Shown: piece by piece, positions 1-14,200 of the stretch
How the letters are laid out: each line of letters begins with the position of its first letter
How positions within the stretch are numbered: the first letter of the stretch is position 1
Assembly (NCBI RefSeq): GCF_040938485.1
Contig: NW_027271115.1
Span: 62,001 to 126,000, forward strand
Source of the DNA: Diadema antillarum
Taxonomy: Eukaryota
Direction: 5' to 3'
Length of the DNA: 64,000 nucleotides
The notes under the pieces: generated by a model
The model's database searches: none
What the model was told of the DNA's origin: nothing
Seen by the model: only the letters and a program-made list of their open reading frames with translations
Translations under genes and position numbers: made by a program

Positions 1-3000
1 AATGAAAGATTCTTATAGTATTCATTCTGCTTAACTTTCATTGGAGGACAAGAAGCAATCAATTGCATTAAATTATTTCTTTCTGCGTCGTTGATATGTC
101 AAGATAGTAAACGGAGCATCAGTTAATCATTCACAGTAAAAAGCTCAACCTTTCACTGGAATATTCAGGAATCAAGTTCTCTTGCAGGCTTCTCGGTTTT
201 TTAAACGAAAGTAACCTTAAATATACTGTCCATCTTGCAGCATCCGAAAAGAATACTGCAAAACTCTAAATTAAACTAAACACGAAATATCAAAGGATAC
301 AGTATTGACAGACATTTTGACAGACAGACAGACAGACAGACAGAGACCTTTACCGAGTTCATATTCTTCTTCCAAGAATAGATTGAAGTAGTTGTCCCTC
401 AAGAATTCAAATTAACCATTCTAAATTTGGGGCACTTCGTGATATACAATACTATTCCTTTTTATGTATGTAAGAGTGTGTGTGACAATAAATCGTCGTA
501 TGACTTTTGGTGCAAACTTTTTAGGGTCTGCGCAGAAACACGTGAGGTTTCAAAACGGAAACATCGAATTTCAAAGTCCTCAAACAAAAACTATGAAACA
601 TCTTGAACCCATTGAATTTCCAGGAAAATATCTCGATTGAAGAAAAAAGAAAGAAGAAAATGATAACAGAATTCGTTGTGGGAGTAATTCTTACAGGTGC
701 GATTCTCCTACGAGGGAAATTCCAGAGAAGCCTGTAATTAGTTGGGCGGAAACCACGTGATAAGGATGACGTGTCCTAAATGGCCTTGTGGGATTGGCGC
801 AGTCAGACCCGATCGAAATTGACATGTTACGATCAGCTGATCTCCTTGAGAAAAACGCCTCGTGACTTGAGACATTGATAGGTGTGTCGGGCTCCTTGAT
901 ATAGGGGGCGGGGAGGAGGAGGAGGAGATGCGAGGAGTTTCACACTTATAAATTAACTCGTCTGCAATCAATGTTGAAACACGTTGAGATCAAATGGGGG
1001 TTCAGACATCAGATTGAGTTTCCTTGTTGTTTACTGAATGTGAAAAAATACAAACCTGATGTAACTCCAGTCAATCACAAACGCAACTCGGAATTCTATG
1101 ATGCCAGAGCAAGAGCTTGTACCATAGTTTTGAATACAGGGTCGAACTTAGCTCTACCTTCTAATTGTGTTTTAGAGGTCAACTCCATTATGAAACAAAA
1201 AAACAAACATAAAACAAAAACAAAACCCCGGTCATGATTTGCCGAACGCGATTGAGAAATGATTTCTGCAGGAAAGTATTTCAAATTTGCTTTCAGACCT
1301 AAGAAATAGACGAGATGCCCGATTGGCCTGAAACGTGTTATCCAATCACGTGAGCAAGCAGGTTCTTTGCCAATCCGAAAGGGTTCAACTTCGAAGATAC
1401 AAGACAGTGACTGTCACATCAGTAGGTTGTCGGCAGACCCTCTAAGCTGTAAGGGAAAGTCAAGTTGGTATTTTAAAGCATGTCGGCTCCCAGCATCCGC
1501 AGCAAAACAGCGTCATCATGAAATACCACTTACTGTTCAACTTGATTGAAAAAAATTGTAATTGTACATTGAACGCAAACAAACACAGGCCTACTAGTTT
1601 CATATTGAATCAGACATGGAACAAGAAAGTCGTCACGAACCTACCTGATAAGAATCATCAAAGCAAATACTTTGTACATCCAATGAGCAAGGAAAGTATG
1701 TGGATGCCAGTACTAGTGTTACAAATTTTTTCTCCCCCTTTATATCTGGGAAGAGATGTGTTAAGGTATAATGGATGTAGGCCTCATAAAAGAGACTAGA
1801 ATTATGGGCACTTCTCTGATGTAAATGCGAGCTGGTGATTTATGCGACCATTAAACAAGAGGGGACACTGGCTGGAAAGGATGCGCTACATACACTCAAC
1901 TGTGCTATCCCAGGAATCTGCCGGTGGGCGGGGCACCATCATGGCGTCACCCATTGACTTCGAAACATTACAGTTCTCTACATGATGTACTACAGGAAGC
2001 GAAAGTGATGGGTTAATGTTGCTGGTTTCATACTTAATATAATTCCCAATTACGTCATTTTTAGAAATCTAAGAGTTGGATTGTTTGATTTTTCTTGACA
2101 ATGACTCTTGAAATCTTGAAATTCCGCAGTGTTTGAGTGATCAACGCCTTCATCAACGGGTGTCTTCCGTTTATAATTATTATATACAACGAATCGCGCC
2201 AGTTGTGCAATTTGTTAGTACACGTATACAGTAATTCCACTACACATGACTAAAGATGTTATTGCCATCTTGAGAAGTGAAACGTTCATTCTCACCTCAC
2301 CCATCCCCTTACCTGCAATTCAGGCTTTAAGTCTAATTTCCGATGTTGATTTTCAAGGTTTGATTGAAATGATTTTTCGCTCTCTCTGTAAAGCTGACGC
2401 GCCTATACGATGACTTGCAGTATTGGTTTCCTTCTTCAAACATGGTCTGTCGACATCCAATTTGAGTCTGTTCTCAGTCAGTGCTGTCCGAAGACTAAAC
2501 AAAGCAGGCTACAAGTTAGTTACATCATATTTACCTCGAGAGAGGTGTGTCCATCTAATAAATGAGATGATCGTGAGAGATGAAGGAGGCAGATGGAACA
2601 TATGGCAGAAGAAAGACTGGCTAGTGTTCACTCCCTGTCATGATGAAGCGAATTTGTCATAAAAACACACGATGCTAACGCGAGAAGCATTAACCCGATT
2701 CTATAATACGTCTTACATCTCAGTGCGTTTCTCTGAAGTAGAACAGGAAAGGGGATGGCTCGAGCAAAGACAAAGAGAACATGTGAAGCTTCTGAAGGAC
2801 GAAGACACGAAATTCAATCGAAAAGCTTTTGTTTTTTATGGGTGACGGAAAAGGCCGACAGTTTTCTCTTCACACAATACGTCATCGCCACCCTTGCTGA
2901 GTCATGCATGAATCGTGAAAGCCGAGCTCAGCTTTGCTTTTTTGCGCAACCTGATCCAAAAATCCCGCCCATGCTCTTGACTGAACTTCAAGAGAGTATC

Positions 3001-5104
3001 GGGAAAACGAAGGGGGAAAGTAGCCCAGACAGAAAAATCAGTTAATCCCCCGTCCCAAATGAATACTGTATGTATGTACACGATGACTTGTCTACGCCGT
3101 AACAGTATAAAGAGGGCCTTCGACACTCCCAAGTGCACCGCATTGAACCACTTGCCAAAACTCGTTATCAACAGTCATGACGTGAGGCAGGACCGCGGTT
3201 CGATACTCGATCTGACTCAGTGATAGGGAGCCCCCGAAACCCCAATGCAGGTGACGGTGGCACCTTCGTTCTCTCTGCGCTTTTGAGTACACGATTTCTC
3301 TCGAGCGTAGGGCTCGATATATAAGCAAAGAAAACAAGAAAAAACGGAGAAAACGGTATACATCTTTGATTTAGAGACGTAAACCGCATTACGGGATATT
3401 TTAAAGAAAACTCAAGGTTTTAATGTATTGCGATGACATTGAGTGCGACGTTTTTCCGAACTAGTGTTGTTATTACAAATTGGAACGTTTATGAAGCGGA
3501 ATTTGATGAGAATGAAATGTACTGCATTTTCTCTTTCTTGTTTAACAGGACCAAACTGATCGATGGACGGCACAGTTATAACGTGCAATGATAGTAAAAA
3601 AAAAAAACAAAAAAAAAACAACAAATTCTTTGAGAGGGATCAAGACATGATTTAGAAAAATTCATTTTCATAACTTCTACATAGCACGTATAGTGTAGCT
3701 TGTGTTTTACTCATACACGTGGACCTTTGACTGCAAAAGAAAATGAAAAACCTCTCACACAAGATAAGCGAGGATGAAAGAGATAATCTTTGTCAAAAAA
3801 GTGGACCTTGTAGAGGAAACGTCTCACGGCTGATCCCCGAAGGAGTTCGAGCACGAATACGCGGCATGGTTGTCTGTCGTCGCTTTGCGACATCTTTGGT
3901 ATTAGCTGCATGACGACAGCACTGAGTGGGGATTAGTCGTTTTTAAAGGTAAAATTTGAAAGTTGTTGAGGACAAAAACAGTATTCTGATTCTGAAGGGA
4001 AAACAGCGGAACCGAACAGCGGTCTTTTCCCCTTAACACATTAAGGTATCGTACTCCCCCAACCTCCCCACCCCATACATTAGATTGTACCTCGAGGAGA
4101 AACTTCACACTGATCATCAAAATCGGTACAAACGAATCCCATTTTAACATTTGTAATGAATACTATATATGCACGGTGTTTAACAAAGGAATTCTGACGG
4201 GGAAGGGGGGGGGGTAAAATACATTCCACTTCACAAGAGGAAAAAATCGTGGAGTTTCACCTGAAGTTCAACGATGACCGTGTGGAAGACTGAGAAGTCA
4301 TTTTCGGTGTCCCATTGATATACAAACTGTCATTTAAGTGATTGGTGTTGATAATGTCCGGTCTCGTTATAATTTCTGTGGGTCAGTAGTTCTTTATTTT
4401 GGTTTCCTTGCATTTTCAGACAATATCAACCTCCCTAAAACTCCGTACACACTTTCCTTTAAATCTGTTGAATAGAGCTGTTTGGTTTATCGACTTAAAA
4501 AGACATACAGATGATACAAAAAAGTAATACAGTAAAAGCCCTTACAGCTCATACGTACATAGTGAACAGTTATCCCCTCTTAGCGTAATCCCATCGTACC
4601 TTCGATTGTCCAGTGTTAGATGATGTCCAGTTGACAAGCCATGCCAATTATACCAGTGTGGAAATTCCAATGGAGGGACTCAAACTTTAGTATGGCACGC
4701 TTTAACCCCGACCTCTATTCGGCAGATATCACCTCCCCCCCCCCCCTCATTTCTTCATCTTCCTCCTCCATCTCTTCTTATTTTCCTCCGCCGCATCTCC
4801 ACCATTGGTCCTTAGCCACGCCCTCGCGCGTTCCAACCTGTTCGGATTGATGACGCGACTCGTAAAGCACCTCTTTTCCTGTCACATTCTAATCCCTTCT
4901 CCCGACGTATATTATATCATATCATCGCCGCTCGTAAGTCTCGGCTTAACGTCTGCGACGTTTCTGGTTACCCCAGTGATGACGGGACGAGCGACGATGA
5001 AGAGCTATAAGGGGGCAAGAAGAGTAATGACCTGGATGTACGGAGGGTACAAGTACACGGACGCGTACGACCCACGAAGAACGGGGTGAGGATGCTGCTC
5101 CTTA

Positions 5105-5340
5105 AAGGCGGTAATCATCATCATCATTATCCCTTTCTTCATCTCCTTTTGCTTCATCGGTTGCTTCTTTCCTCCTCTTGCTCCTCATCCTAATCTTCCT
5201 TGCTTTTTTCTTTTTCTGCTCTTCCTCATCCTTCTTCCCTTTCTTCGTTCTTCTTTTTCTCTTCCTTTTCTCCTTATTTATGTCCCTTCCTTCTTCCATT
5301 CCTTTCTTTTATTTTTCACTCTTTCTTCTCTATTCTGCAA
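5105..5340. repeat. Homopyrimidine (CT-rich) low-complexity tract
   Basis: Almost only C/T on the + strand. Generates the K/R/E-rich ORF 5102..5299 and the F/L-rich ORF 5178..5366. Confidence 0.85.
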
Positions 5341-8089
5341 ATCCTCTCATTCTAAATTTCATTTAGTTCGCTGATGTTAATCATGGTTACCATGAATAGC
5401 AGTCGTCAAATTTGAGATCAGTTCACAACGTGTTTCTAAAATCGGAAATTGTCCCTCATTGTTTCTCTGTTTCCCATGGCTATGGTATACATGCAGGAGT
5501 GAACACCAAAAAACAAATAGGCCTAAAAAATATTCATGAATAAAGCATTAAAGTAAAATATCGAGGTTATATCAGGTTTTTTAGTGAAACCAAGTGTTAC
5601 TGTGCACATTTTCTCACGTTTCGTTGCACCTGTTATGTGTGAGAAATGACCGGCTCCAATACAAAAGATGAAGGCCTACTTTTGTCAGATTGAAAAGCTC
5701 AACAATGGTTCTTCTGTCAATTACGCTGATTACGTACGGTGATAGTCAATTTACCAATAGATAGCGTCACTGATCTTCACCTATTTTTAAATTTCAACTG
5801 ACCTAATTCGTTTGCCTACAGTGCTGTTTGTTTCTCAGCATTTATCACATTTTGAAAAGACAGTATAAGATTGTACACCAAACGATCTGAACATGCGCAA
5901 ATAAAGGCCATTGCAGACCTCTTGAATTGACTTGTTCGTAATTGAAGTATTTGAAAAACTAGATGTGTCTACATGAGAACTGTGTTATGAATATTCATGT
6001 ATGAAACTATGTGCATTTCGGAATGTGCGGGTTAACGTGAATTCTTTTCAACGAAGTTAACAAAATCCATGAACAACATCTAGGCCTACTTGTGAATTAT
6101 CACTTTCTGCTCGATTGATTTCGACGCCTCTTTTAACTAAAAGATTAATTTATGTTTTGCAAAGCCTGTGGTTCAGATGTCATTGCGGACCACTGCTAAC
6201 TGTAAACTGTTTTGTTTTCTTTTTTGACATTTATGTTTACTCAAAATATGAGCGAGCGAGCAAGAGCAAAGAGTGCAAGAGAGAGAGAGAGAGAGAGTGA
6301 GGGAGAGAAGAAAATGAATACAAACGCAAGCAGTATTTAGATAAAAACACCTCATTTTCCAAACGTGTTTGACTTGTTCGGGGGATATTAAATCACTCGA
6401 AAGAAATTCGACCACATTGAATTTGATTCAAAGATTCCGGTTGTTTTGACCTACGCCGCGCCGGCGTTTTCTCTTTGACGCGATGCGCAGTCGACGAATT
6501 AGAAGAACCCAGTCACGAATGATAATTGGTATTCATGCGCGCACAATAGGAAGATACTCCCAGTGTCAATAAAGTCGACCTACGCGTGATGAAGCGAACG
6601 AACACGTGTAAGGTAAACTGGCGCCTGATATGGCGTGAACACACAACAGCTATTATGGGCAGGGAGTATTGTACTCGTCGTTGAATCAAAGTACATTATT
6701 CTGTCAACGATGCGTGTATGAGTACATCGCGCTTAAAGGACTGGCATGGTAATGTTATATTATTATACCTCGAGAGAAACTTTGAAAATAAGCTGATTAT
6801 GAGCAATTTCTTTAAGATTCTGGATAATGAAGACGAATAAAACACATTGGCAAACAGAGTGACATATAAAAAAACATTAGGTTGTCGGTCATTGTATTAA
6901 TGAATCAGCATCATAAGAATGAATAATAAAGATTTACAAAAGCATATTGTCCTTTGATTGATTTTGCAACAATTCATTTCCCGTCATAAGACCCCTTTCT
7001 TGCCATAAATCCTACTTGCAGTAATGTTTTATATGATGTCCTCTGATCATCTATTTGTGAAGTGAACTTTACAAATTTTGAAACGAAATGTTTGTCCTTG
7101 TGGTTTTCAGAAAAGAAAAATATACACGCCGGCTTTAAGTCACGACATGGCAACGACACACACTATTCCAGCAACAGTTACAAAGTATTTTGTTGGCAAG
7201 CACTGACTGTGAGGATGTGTATTGTATGTGTGTGAAGAACAACAATCACGTGCAAGTAAATGTTTGCAACAGAAAAAAAGGCGACAGCGGTGAAGTGCAA
7301 ACAAACAAGTATAGTGATTCAAACTCGAAAAAGAAAAAAAAAACTGCAAATTTGCGTTTCGACTATTCCTTTCACCTGCAGCGTAATAAAGAAACCTCAA
7401 CTATCTCAGTAAACCTGTTGCCTCATTTCGGCGTTGCGGCATTTCGAGGTGGAGATCATTAGACGGCTAGTTCTATTCGGTTGTCCTATTCGGTTGTCAT
7501 ATTCCCTCCCTTGCCCACCCTGAATAAACAGAAGAATATATATTCAATCGCCCGCAGGCGTGGGTTAACAATATGATACTCAATTAATGGGCTCATTTAA
7601 GATCGGGAATGGCTTCCCTTTGTGTTCAGCCAAACCCCCTCCTCGACAAACATTTTGCCACCATCCATCGATGTCTGAAATGTGAATATTTCACTATCAT
7701 GACTATGTTCACGTTAACGTTAAAGTCTTCCTTTTCGGAGCAGTAGTGATAGGAAGAGTCCTCGTTCTCCAGCCAAAGAATAGCCACTTAAAAATTCATG
7801 AGAAGCAGAATTTAACTTTCAGTACATATGACCAAAACAAAACAAAACAAAACAAAACAAAAAACAAACAAACAAACAAATGATAATTTGACAAAGTGTC
7901 GGCTACATAATTTTGTCATTGTCAAAAGTCTTCCGCGTGACCTAAGGAGAGAGGAGTGTCAGAGGTCAAGGTGACGTAACAACTGGACCACAGATACTCA
8001 TGTTGGTAACGACATCATCATCAGTAAGTATATGTCTGAATCATCTATCCGGGATTAACCTCTTCAGTGCCTTGACACTGCTCTGTCAG

Positions 8090-8270
8090 TGCATATGTAT
8101 ATGTGCATAAAGAAAATAATACAATTATGTTTTCTTCATTTTGTTACTCATTATCACACGTATTTTGTTAATTTACGTTTTTGCAATCACTATGTTCTGC
8201 TTATACATTGTATATAGTTTTTTCTGTTTATTTGATGGAAATGAAAATAAATTTGAACTTTGAACTTTGA
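8090..8270 (+). mobile_element. Probable LINE 3' tail remnant
   Basis: T-rich UTR-like stretch ending aataaatttgaactttgaactttga (polyA-like signal plus short tandem repeat). Confidence 0.35.
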
Positions 8271-11200
8271 CCCTGCCCTTGCAATCACCATGACTTTGCC
8301 GAGTAGGTCCAACCCATTAACATACATCTTCCTGAAGAGTGATGCACAGTGTATAACACATCACATTCATGGATAAACACACCCGACAGGATTCGAAGCC
8401 AGGACCTTTCGTCTGGGAATCCTGCAGGGCTACATTCCAATACAACAAGGTGAAACTCCAGGATGTAGATGACTCTATGCGGGCTTCATATTCCGCTTAG
8501 GCAGACAGGTGCCCGATTTAATCATGGGGTAGAAATGGTATAAAAATGTACTGTGTAGGCCTAATTCTAAAGCTTTAAGAAGTCAACGTGACGTTTAAGT
8601 GAAAAGTGTGTACAGTATAAGCTCTTTTTGAGTCAGTCTTCCGTGCATGTTTTCTGTAGAACGAAACATATTCGTGGTATCATTCTCATTTGCAATGAAC
8701 AGTAACGTAATAGACGATACAACATGAGAAAAAAAAAATGTTAAAACGCCTACGATTTTCATTCGTAGCTGGTATACCCTCCTATTGTTTGTTTTGACTC
8801 TAAACGCTAATAGTAAAAAACAATGTAAGTCATCTGTTCAAGGACGAAAAGAATTCTTAAAAATAGATCAGCACAATGGGTGAAATCAGTTGATAGAATC
8901 GTTGTTGACACTTGTAGATCACCTATTCAAATACATGTCAAGAGAATGTTATAATTTTTACACTGATTTTCTCTCAAATTCCAGCTTTGCTTCATTGCCA
9001 TTTTCCCCATGTGTTTTCTATTGTGATGCTTCTTTCTTGACAGATACATTTGGACTATAGAAGAAACGAAAGACCTTTATCAATCTCATGTCTTGCGTAT
9101 CTTCCACTAAGTCATTTTGGTATAAAGATGATGTCTGAGCCATGGTTGTGCATGTATGCATAATCAGACACTTTAAGAAGCAATTAGCTGATATGAGATC
9201 CATTATATCTTGCGATATATAGGTCATATACCCACTTTAAATCATAGGTGGGCTCTGAGCAACCATTATTTACAGCATACTCGAGGACAACCATCTTTTC
9301 ATCAGAGAAAACCACACGTTATTCGGACATCTTATTGATGGTGAAAGAGGTACATTGACATGGAATACCTATTTTGCTGGAGAATAATGAAAGGCGATTT
9401 ATACTGCGTTATGAAACAACAAATATATCGCACGTATAATATTCCCCAGCACGCATATTGATACAACTTTGTACTTTAGGCATGAGTCCACGACTGGGCG
9501 TGGGACCGACATGCTATAGAAAGACAACGAAGAGATAGAGAAAGAGAGAGAGAGAGAAAGAGATATAATACGCATTGATGGGAGAAAAACCAACTACAAC
9601 CCTGCAATGACATCGTGTGAACCCTATCAGCAAATTTAATCAAAAGACGCTGCAGGTATTGCCGAAAGAAGGCAAGTAGATGTGAATATGATAAGTCAAG
9701 GAGAATTCACCGGCAAACAATGTTATGTGACAAAAAGGGGGAAAAACTGTTCCATCGTTGTTAACCCCACCTCTGCCCGACTGACAAAGACTACAAAGGG
9801 TTGCGGCTCGAAATGCCGACGTTATATCTAACGTATGGCACGGGTCTTCACCAGTTTACCGCTAAAAATATAGATTACAACTTGTATCTCATAAAGATAG
9901 AACCCAGTTTTCCAGTCATGCTTGAAATACAGTTTCATTCATTCATGGATACTGTCATTTCTGGTGACTTAGGCCTGGATGGAGGTCCAGCCTTGGTAGA
10001 AAACAAATTCCTACGGTATTTTTCCGCTTTTTGTCTTTCTTTCTATCATTCCAGCGGCAGAAACGTTTAAAAGGCCTTGGATATTTTTCAAAATAAACTG
10101 TGCGAATTGAAATTGTTATCAGAAGAACATTCATAATTGAAACGTGCTGCAACTTTTGCAATGTTCTCGCAGAAGTTCACGTAATTTTTAGGGAATAACC
10201 ATTCATAATAATGTTCTTATATCATATGATCCGCCTGGAAAATGATCTTCCATTCCAAGAAACATTTTCCATTTGCAGTCATTCAAACTCTAAAGACTAT
10301 ACTTGGCAAGGAGGGTGAATAGTCTCAAAGACCATTAATGAGGTGTAAAGAAATTCGAGCCATTTCCACTCAGTGAATTCCAGTGAGTAACTTTAAAAGA
10401 ATCGTTACAGTGTGACCAAATACCAAACGAAAGATCTACGGAGTTATCTAGTAAAGAGAACACTGTTTTATGCATACTCAGACTTGAAATAATCACAGTC
10501 TTGCACATCACTACATACATGTGTACTGCCACGCTGACAATGAAACGAAGCACAGGACCCCCCCCCCCCCCCATACCCATATTGCTGCTATTATCCTCTG
10601 TAATTGCTAATTATTCTCACATCCCCGTCTATATTGCTGTAAACAATTGCCACGGGCGAAAGATTCAAACAAGTCATTTTCTCTGATTCAGTGGGTATAT
10701 TGCTAGGATTTTGTACCTCTCTGTTCTCTAGGTCAGCCATGAAAATGAAACAATGGCATACATTCCAATATTTGGGGAAAAGGAATCGTCACGTTCGCTC
10801 TCAAGCACAGCCTGCCTTCTCACACTCTCGTGTATGATGGAGAATATGCGGTCACGTGGACAGGGTAAAAGGTTATTCTCTATTTCCAGCCACATCCATT
10901 AGACTAGGACGAATACAACTATTGTGTGGATACACAATAGCAATGTCAGAAAAATGATACCAGGCTACAAACCACACTATCTCACAACAGCGGCAACTGT
11001 ATTTAATTTAATACAGACACCTGTCGTAATAGCATGTGACGAAGTAAAGGCATGTAAACGCAAGTCATGGTTACGATCATGATAATGTCCCTATTTATTG
11101 TTTTTATATTCAATTTCTACGAATCACACTAAATTGGTTCTTGTAGTTTTGTGAACCCGACTTGACTCCCATACGTGTAAAGGCTTCACTTCAATTCCAC

Positions 11201-14200
11201 ATCTTGCAACTGTGGTAAACATGAGAGTCCACAAATGCACACCCTTTACACACACACACACACACACAAACAGAACACATGGTTGTAATCCATATAATAA
11301 ACAAATGGCTATACAACATATTTTGATACATATATACACAATAATTTATGAAGAACACAGTGTTGTCATTCCTATTCAGCTATAGTAAGTAACACTCTCA
11401 TCAGCATGATCAATCGCATCATGGATAATCCAAAAGTCAAGAAACTTTCATATCACATTATACAGTCACTTGCTCAAGCAACCAATGTTTGAATCGTATT
11501 TTACGTCAAGACACGCCATTGTCCTTACTTTTCCCATTTGCCTAGTTGCAACTGGATCTTCGGACAAAACAATAGCTCAAACAACAGATCAATGATAATC
11601 GACCATCGTGGGCTGAACAAGGTTTTCCCGGACAAGCCCCCAATTATTACGGACGAGAGAAAAAGATGGTGGCAACTCAACAACACGTCACAGGTGTGGA
11701 TCACTATACCAAACTTTTTTAAAGTAGCAACAACAAAACTTTATTCCTCCCCTCGAGCGCCATAATCGCAAGTGTCGTATCTTCCTCTGCCCCACGTGGG
11801 CTGAACAGGTTATACTTACTTTTACATAAATGCATATTCATGACATAATATGCCCAACTCACTTTGAATGCTTACATTTCTGAATCTTTGGAAAAACTCC
11901 ATTATATATTATACTTTCAAGAAGAACAAAAACACAAACAAACTTTAAGAACCGTCGTGCCATTCTTGATCATCATAAGATGTATTTTAGGCTCTTAACG
12001 CTGACACTCTTACGTGTTTTGGGCGCTGATATATTTTTTCATGTGTTTTCTGAAGCAAAAGAATCTTAGGGACAGTGTAACTCGAAGCGATTGTTGCGAG
12101 AGGGAGCGCAGGAGTGAAGGCGATCGCAGCGATCGCGCTTCCCTTTGGTGACGTCATGAGATCACGTGACTTCGGATTTTTTTTCACGGTGTAGGGCGAT
12201 AAATGATAGTGATGTAAAGTAAGCCCTTTTGAGCTGATTATTACGGCATTTGATCAGCTATCAATGACATTATCATGGCTTATTTCATGAAAGAAAGTCT
12301 TGAAATATCTGTAAATGCATTCTATTCAATCAGAGGTGTCTATGTCATGGAACCTTTTAAAGTCCTTATCTTTCTCCGTTGTATTTGTGTGCTTTCAGTA
12401 TCTTTTTTAATATTTCATATACAAGTAACTAATACGAAATCGAATAACACAAAAACAGAAAAGTGATATGTTACTTGATGTCACACTGTGGGCCTGTAAT
12501 TTTCTGTCATAATTAAATCACTTCATATTAGCTTTTTCCCATTAAAAGAGCACCAAAGCTATCCTCAAATCATTCCCACGGTTCTCGTCAACCAACACCT
12601 GCTATCAAGCGGCAAGGAAGAAAAGACAGTGTATAGGAAAGAAAGAAGCGTCTTCTGAATATATCATTAAGGAGCTTTAAGAAGTGAACAAGAACATCTT
12701 GAGATGAATATCCATATTTCATAACTATCTATTCGGGATGATTGATTATATGCATTGTAAACTTAATACGGTATGCAAGTGGAACAATAGCAAAGTGCAA
12801 AACTTAATGAATTTTTTTATCAGCACCTGTATCATGATTAAGTCAATTTCATTAGTTTCCTACAGCGAACTCGGAAATGACACTTTTGTGCGGTGCTGTG
12901 ATTGCGAAGTTCTCATCCATGCGTATATTATACGGGATCCTCTGTTGAATTAACCCTGCAACCACCATTTTTCATCATGAAGCATAATATGTCTATAGTA
13001 TTTGACGGGTGTGGTCCCTAGGGGGGTTACGAAATGACTCGCTAATGTGCATCTTTCAGTCTCACACCTCATTACCACAATATCACACGATCACTATCAG
13101 CTGATGTAAAGCCTCTTTGAAAGAAAAAGCGCTTCTGCTTTTCCCGCCGACGAAAGAAGAACTGGTGGAGTGATAGTCTGCTATTCTATCAGCGGATACA
13201 GGTGGGCCATTTAGCAAATACTTTACGCAATAATCTTAATAAGGATCTCGCTAACTTTTGACGGTGTGACAATGAAACGGCGTCAGATTCTCAAATGAGG
13301 ACAAGATAGACTTGAAGATAACGACGCGCCTCCAACTATACCAGAGATGGGTGATAAGTCAGTCGTGTAATGAACTTGTTCGCAATGATCGGTTTTGATA
13401 TTGTTGTTGTTAAGTTTCTGGTTAAAGAATGGGTGACGCGACTCAAGGTCATAACTTCAACTAATTTCAATACACAATCAACACTAGCCCTCCATATTAA
13501 TCAATAAATTCTCCTCCCATTAAATTCACTCCGCACTGTCCGATTCTCAAACAATGATTGCAACGATATTGGAATCTTCCATACAATAGCAAATATTGAG
13601 TTACTTTGTCACAATTGGCATCGGGAGGAAAATGACTTTTCTCATTACCGTAGGGTTAAAAAAAACCCGCAAATGGATCTATGAAAATGTATAAGTATGA
13701 ATCTTTCATTTACACGCGCTAAGTGCATGAATAAACATCTCCAGTTCAAGTTTAAAAAAAGGTCCTGCTCTATGTCTGATGTGTTTGTGATTTCAAACAT
13801 TGCAATTTGAAATATTGAGATATAACATAAGGCATCACTTTCTCACATACTGTTTCCAAAAAAAGGGAACATTTCATTGCCCAAAAAGTGTAGTGTTATG
13901 TTTAGATACGCGCTTTGCGTTTTTGTCTGTTTTAACTCGTCTGCAGCAATAAGAAATCACTTCAAAATGCATTTCTGGACTTAAGTTCATTGAATTACAA
14001 GTGAAAGTTCGATGCGTCGCGCAATGCACATACGTCTTTCTTGCCGTCAGCAGCCACGGAATCGGCGACATTCCAGCGGCGAATACCTGAAATGGTGCGG
14101 GGGAAAATTGGCGTGGCAGGGAGGCGAGCACCGTGTGGGTGCGCGTGCCGCACCTTTTTGTTACAGTATAATTTCCCCCGCCGAGCCGTATATCGTTGCA

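Noticed and set aside
1890-1992. Minus-strand candidate exon (HHVENCNVSKSMGDAMMVPRPPADSWDSTVE) with a good acceptor
   Set aside because: Phase-compatible with BMP exon 1, but shows no prodomain motif I recognise and the donor is ambiguous.
3092-3337. ORF containing RERRC, resembling a furin site followed by Cys
   Set aside because: The following sequence lacks the cystine-knot pattern (C..L.V.F..IGW, CxGxC, CC, CxC).
5102-5366. K/R/E-rich and F/L-rich ORFs
   Set aside because: Products of a CT-rich low-complexity tract.
14033-14085. 53-nt minus-strand AG/GT-bounded segment (IRRWNVADSVAADGKKD)
   Set aside because: Splice sites are plausible but the segment is too short to assign and has no supporting homology.
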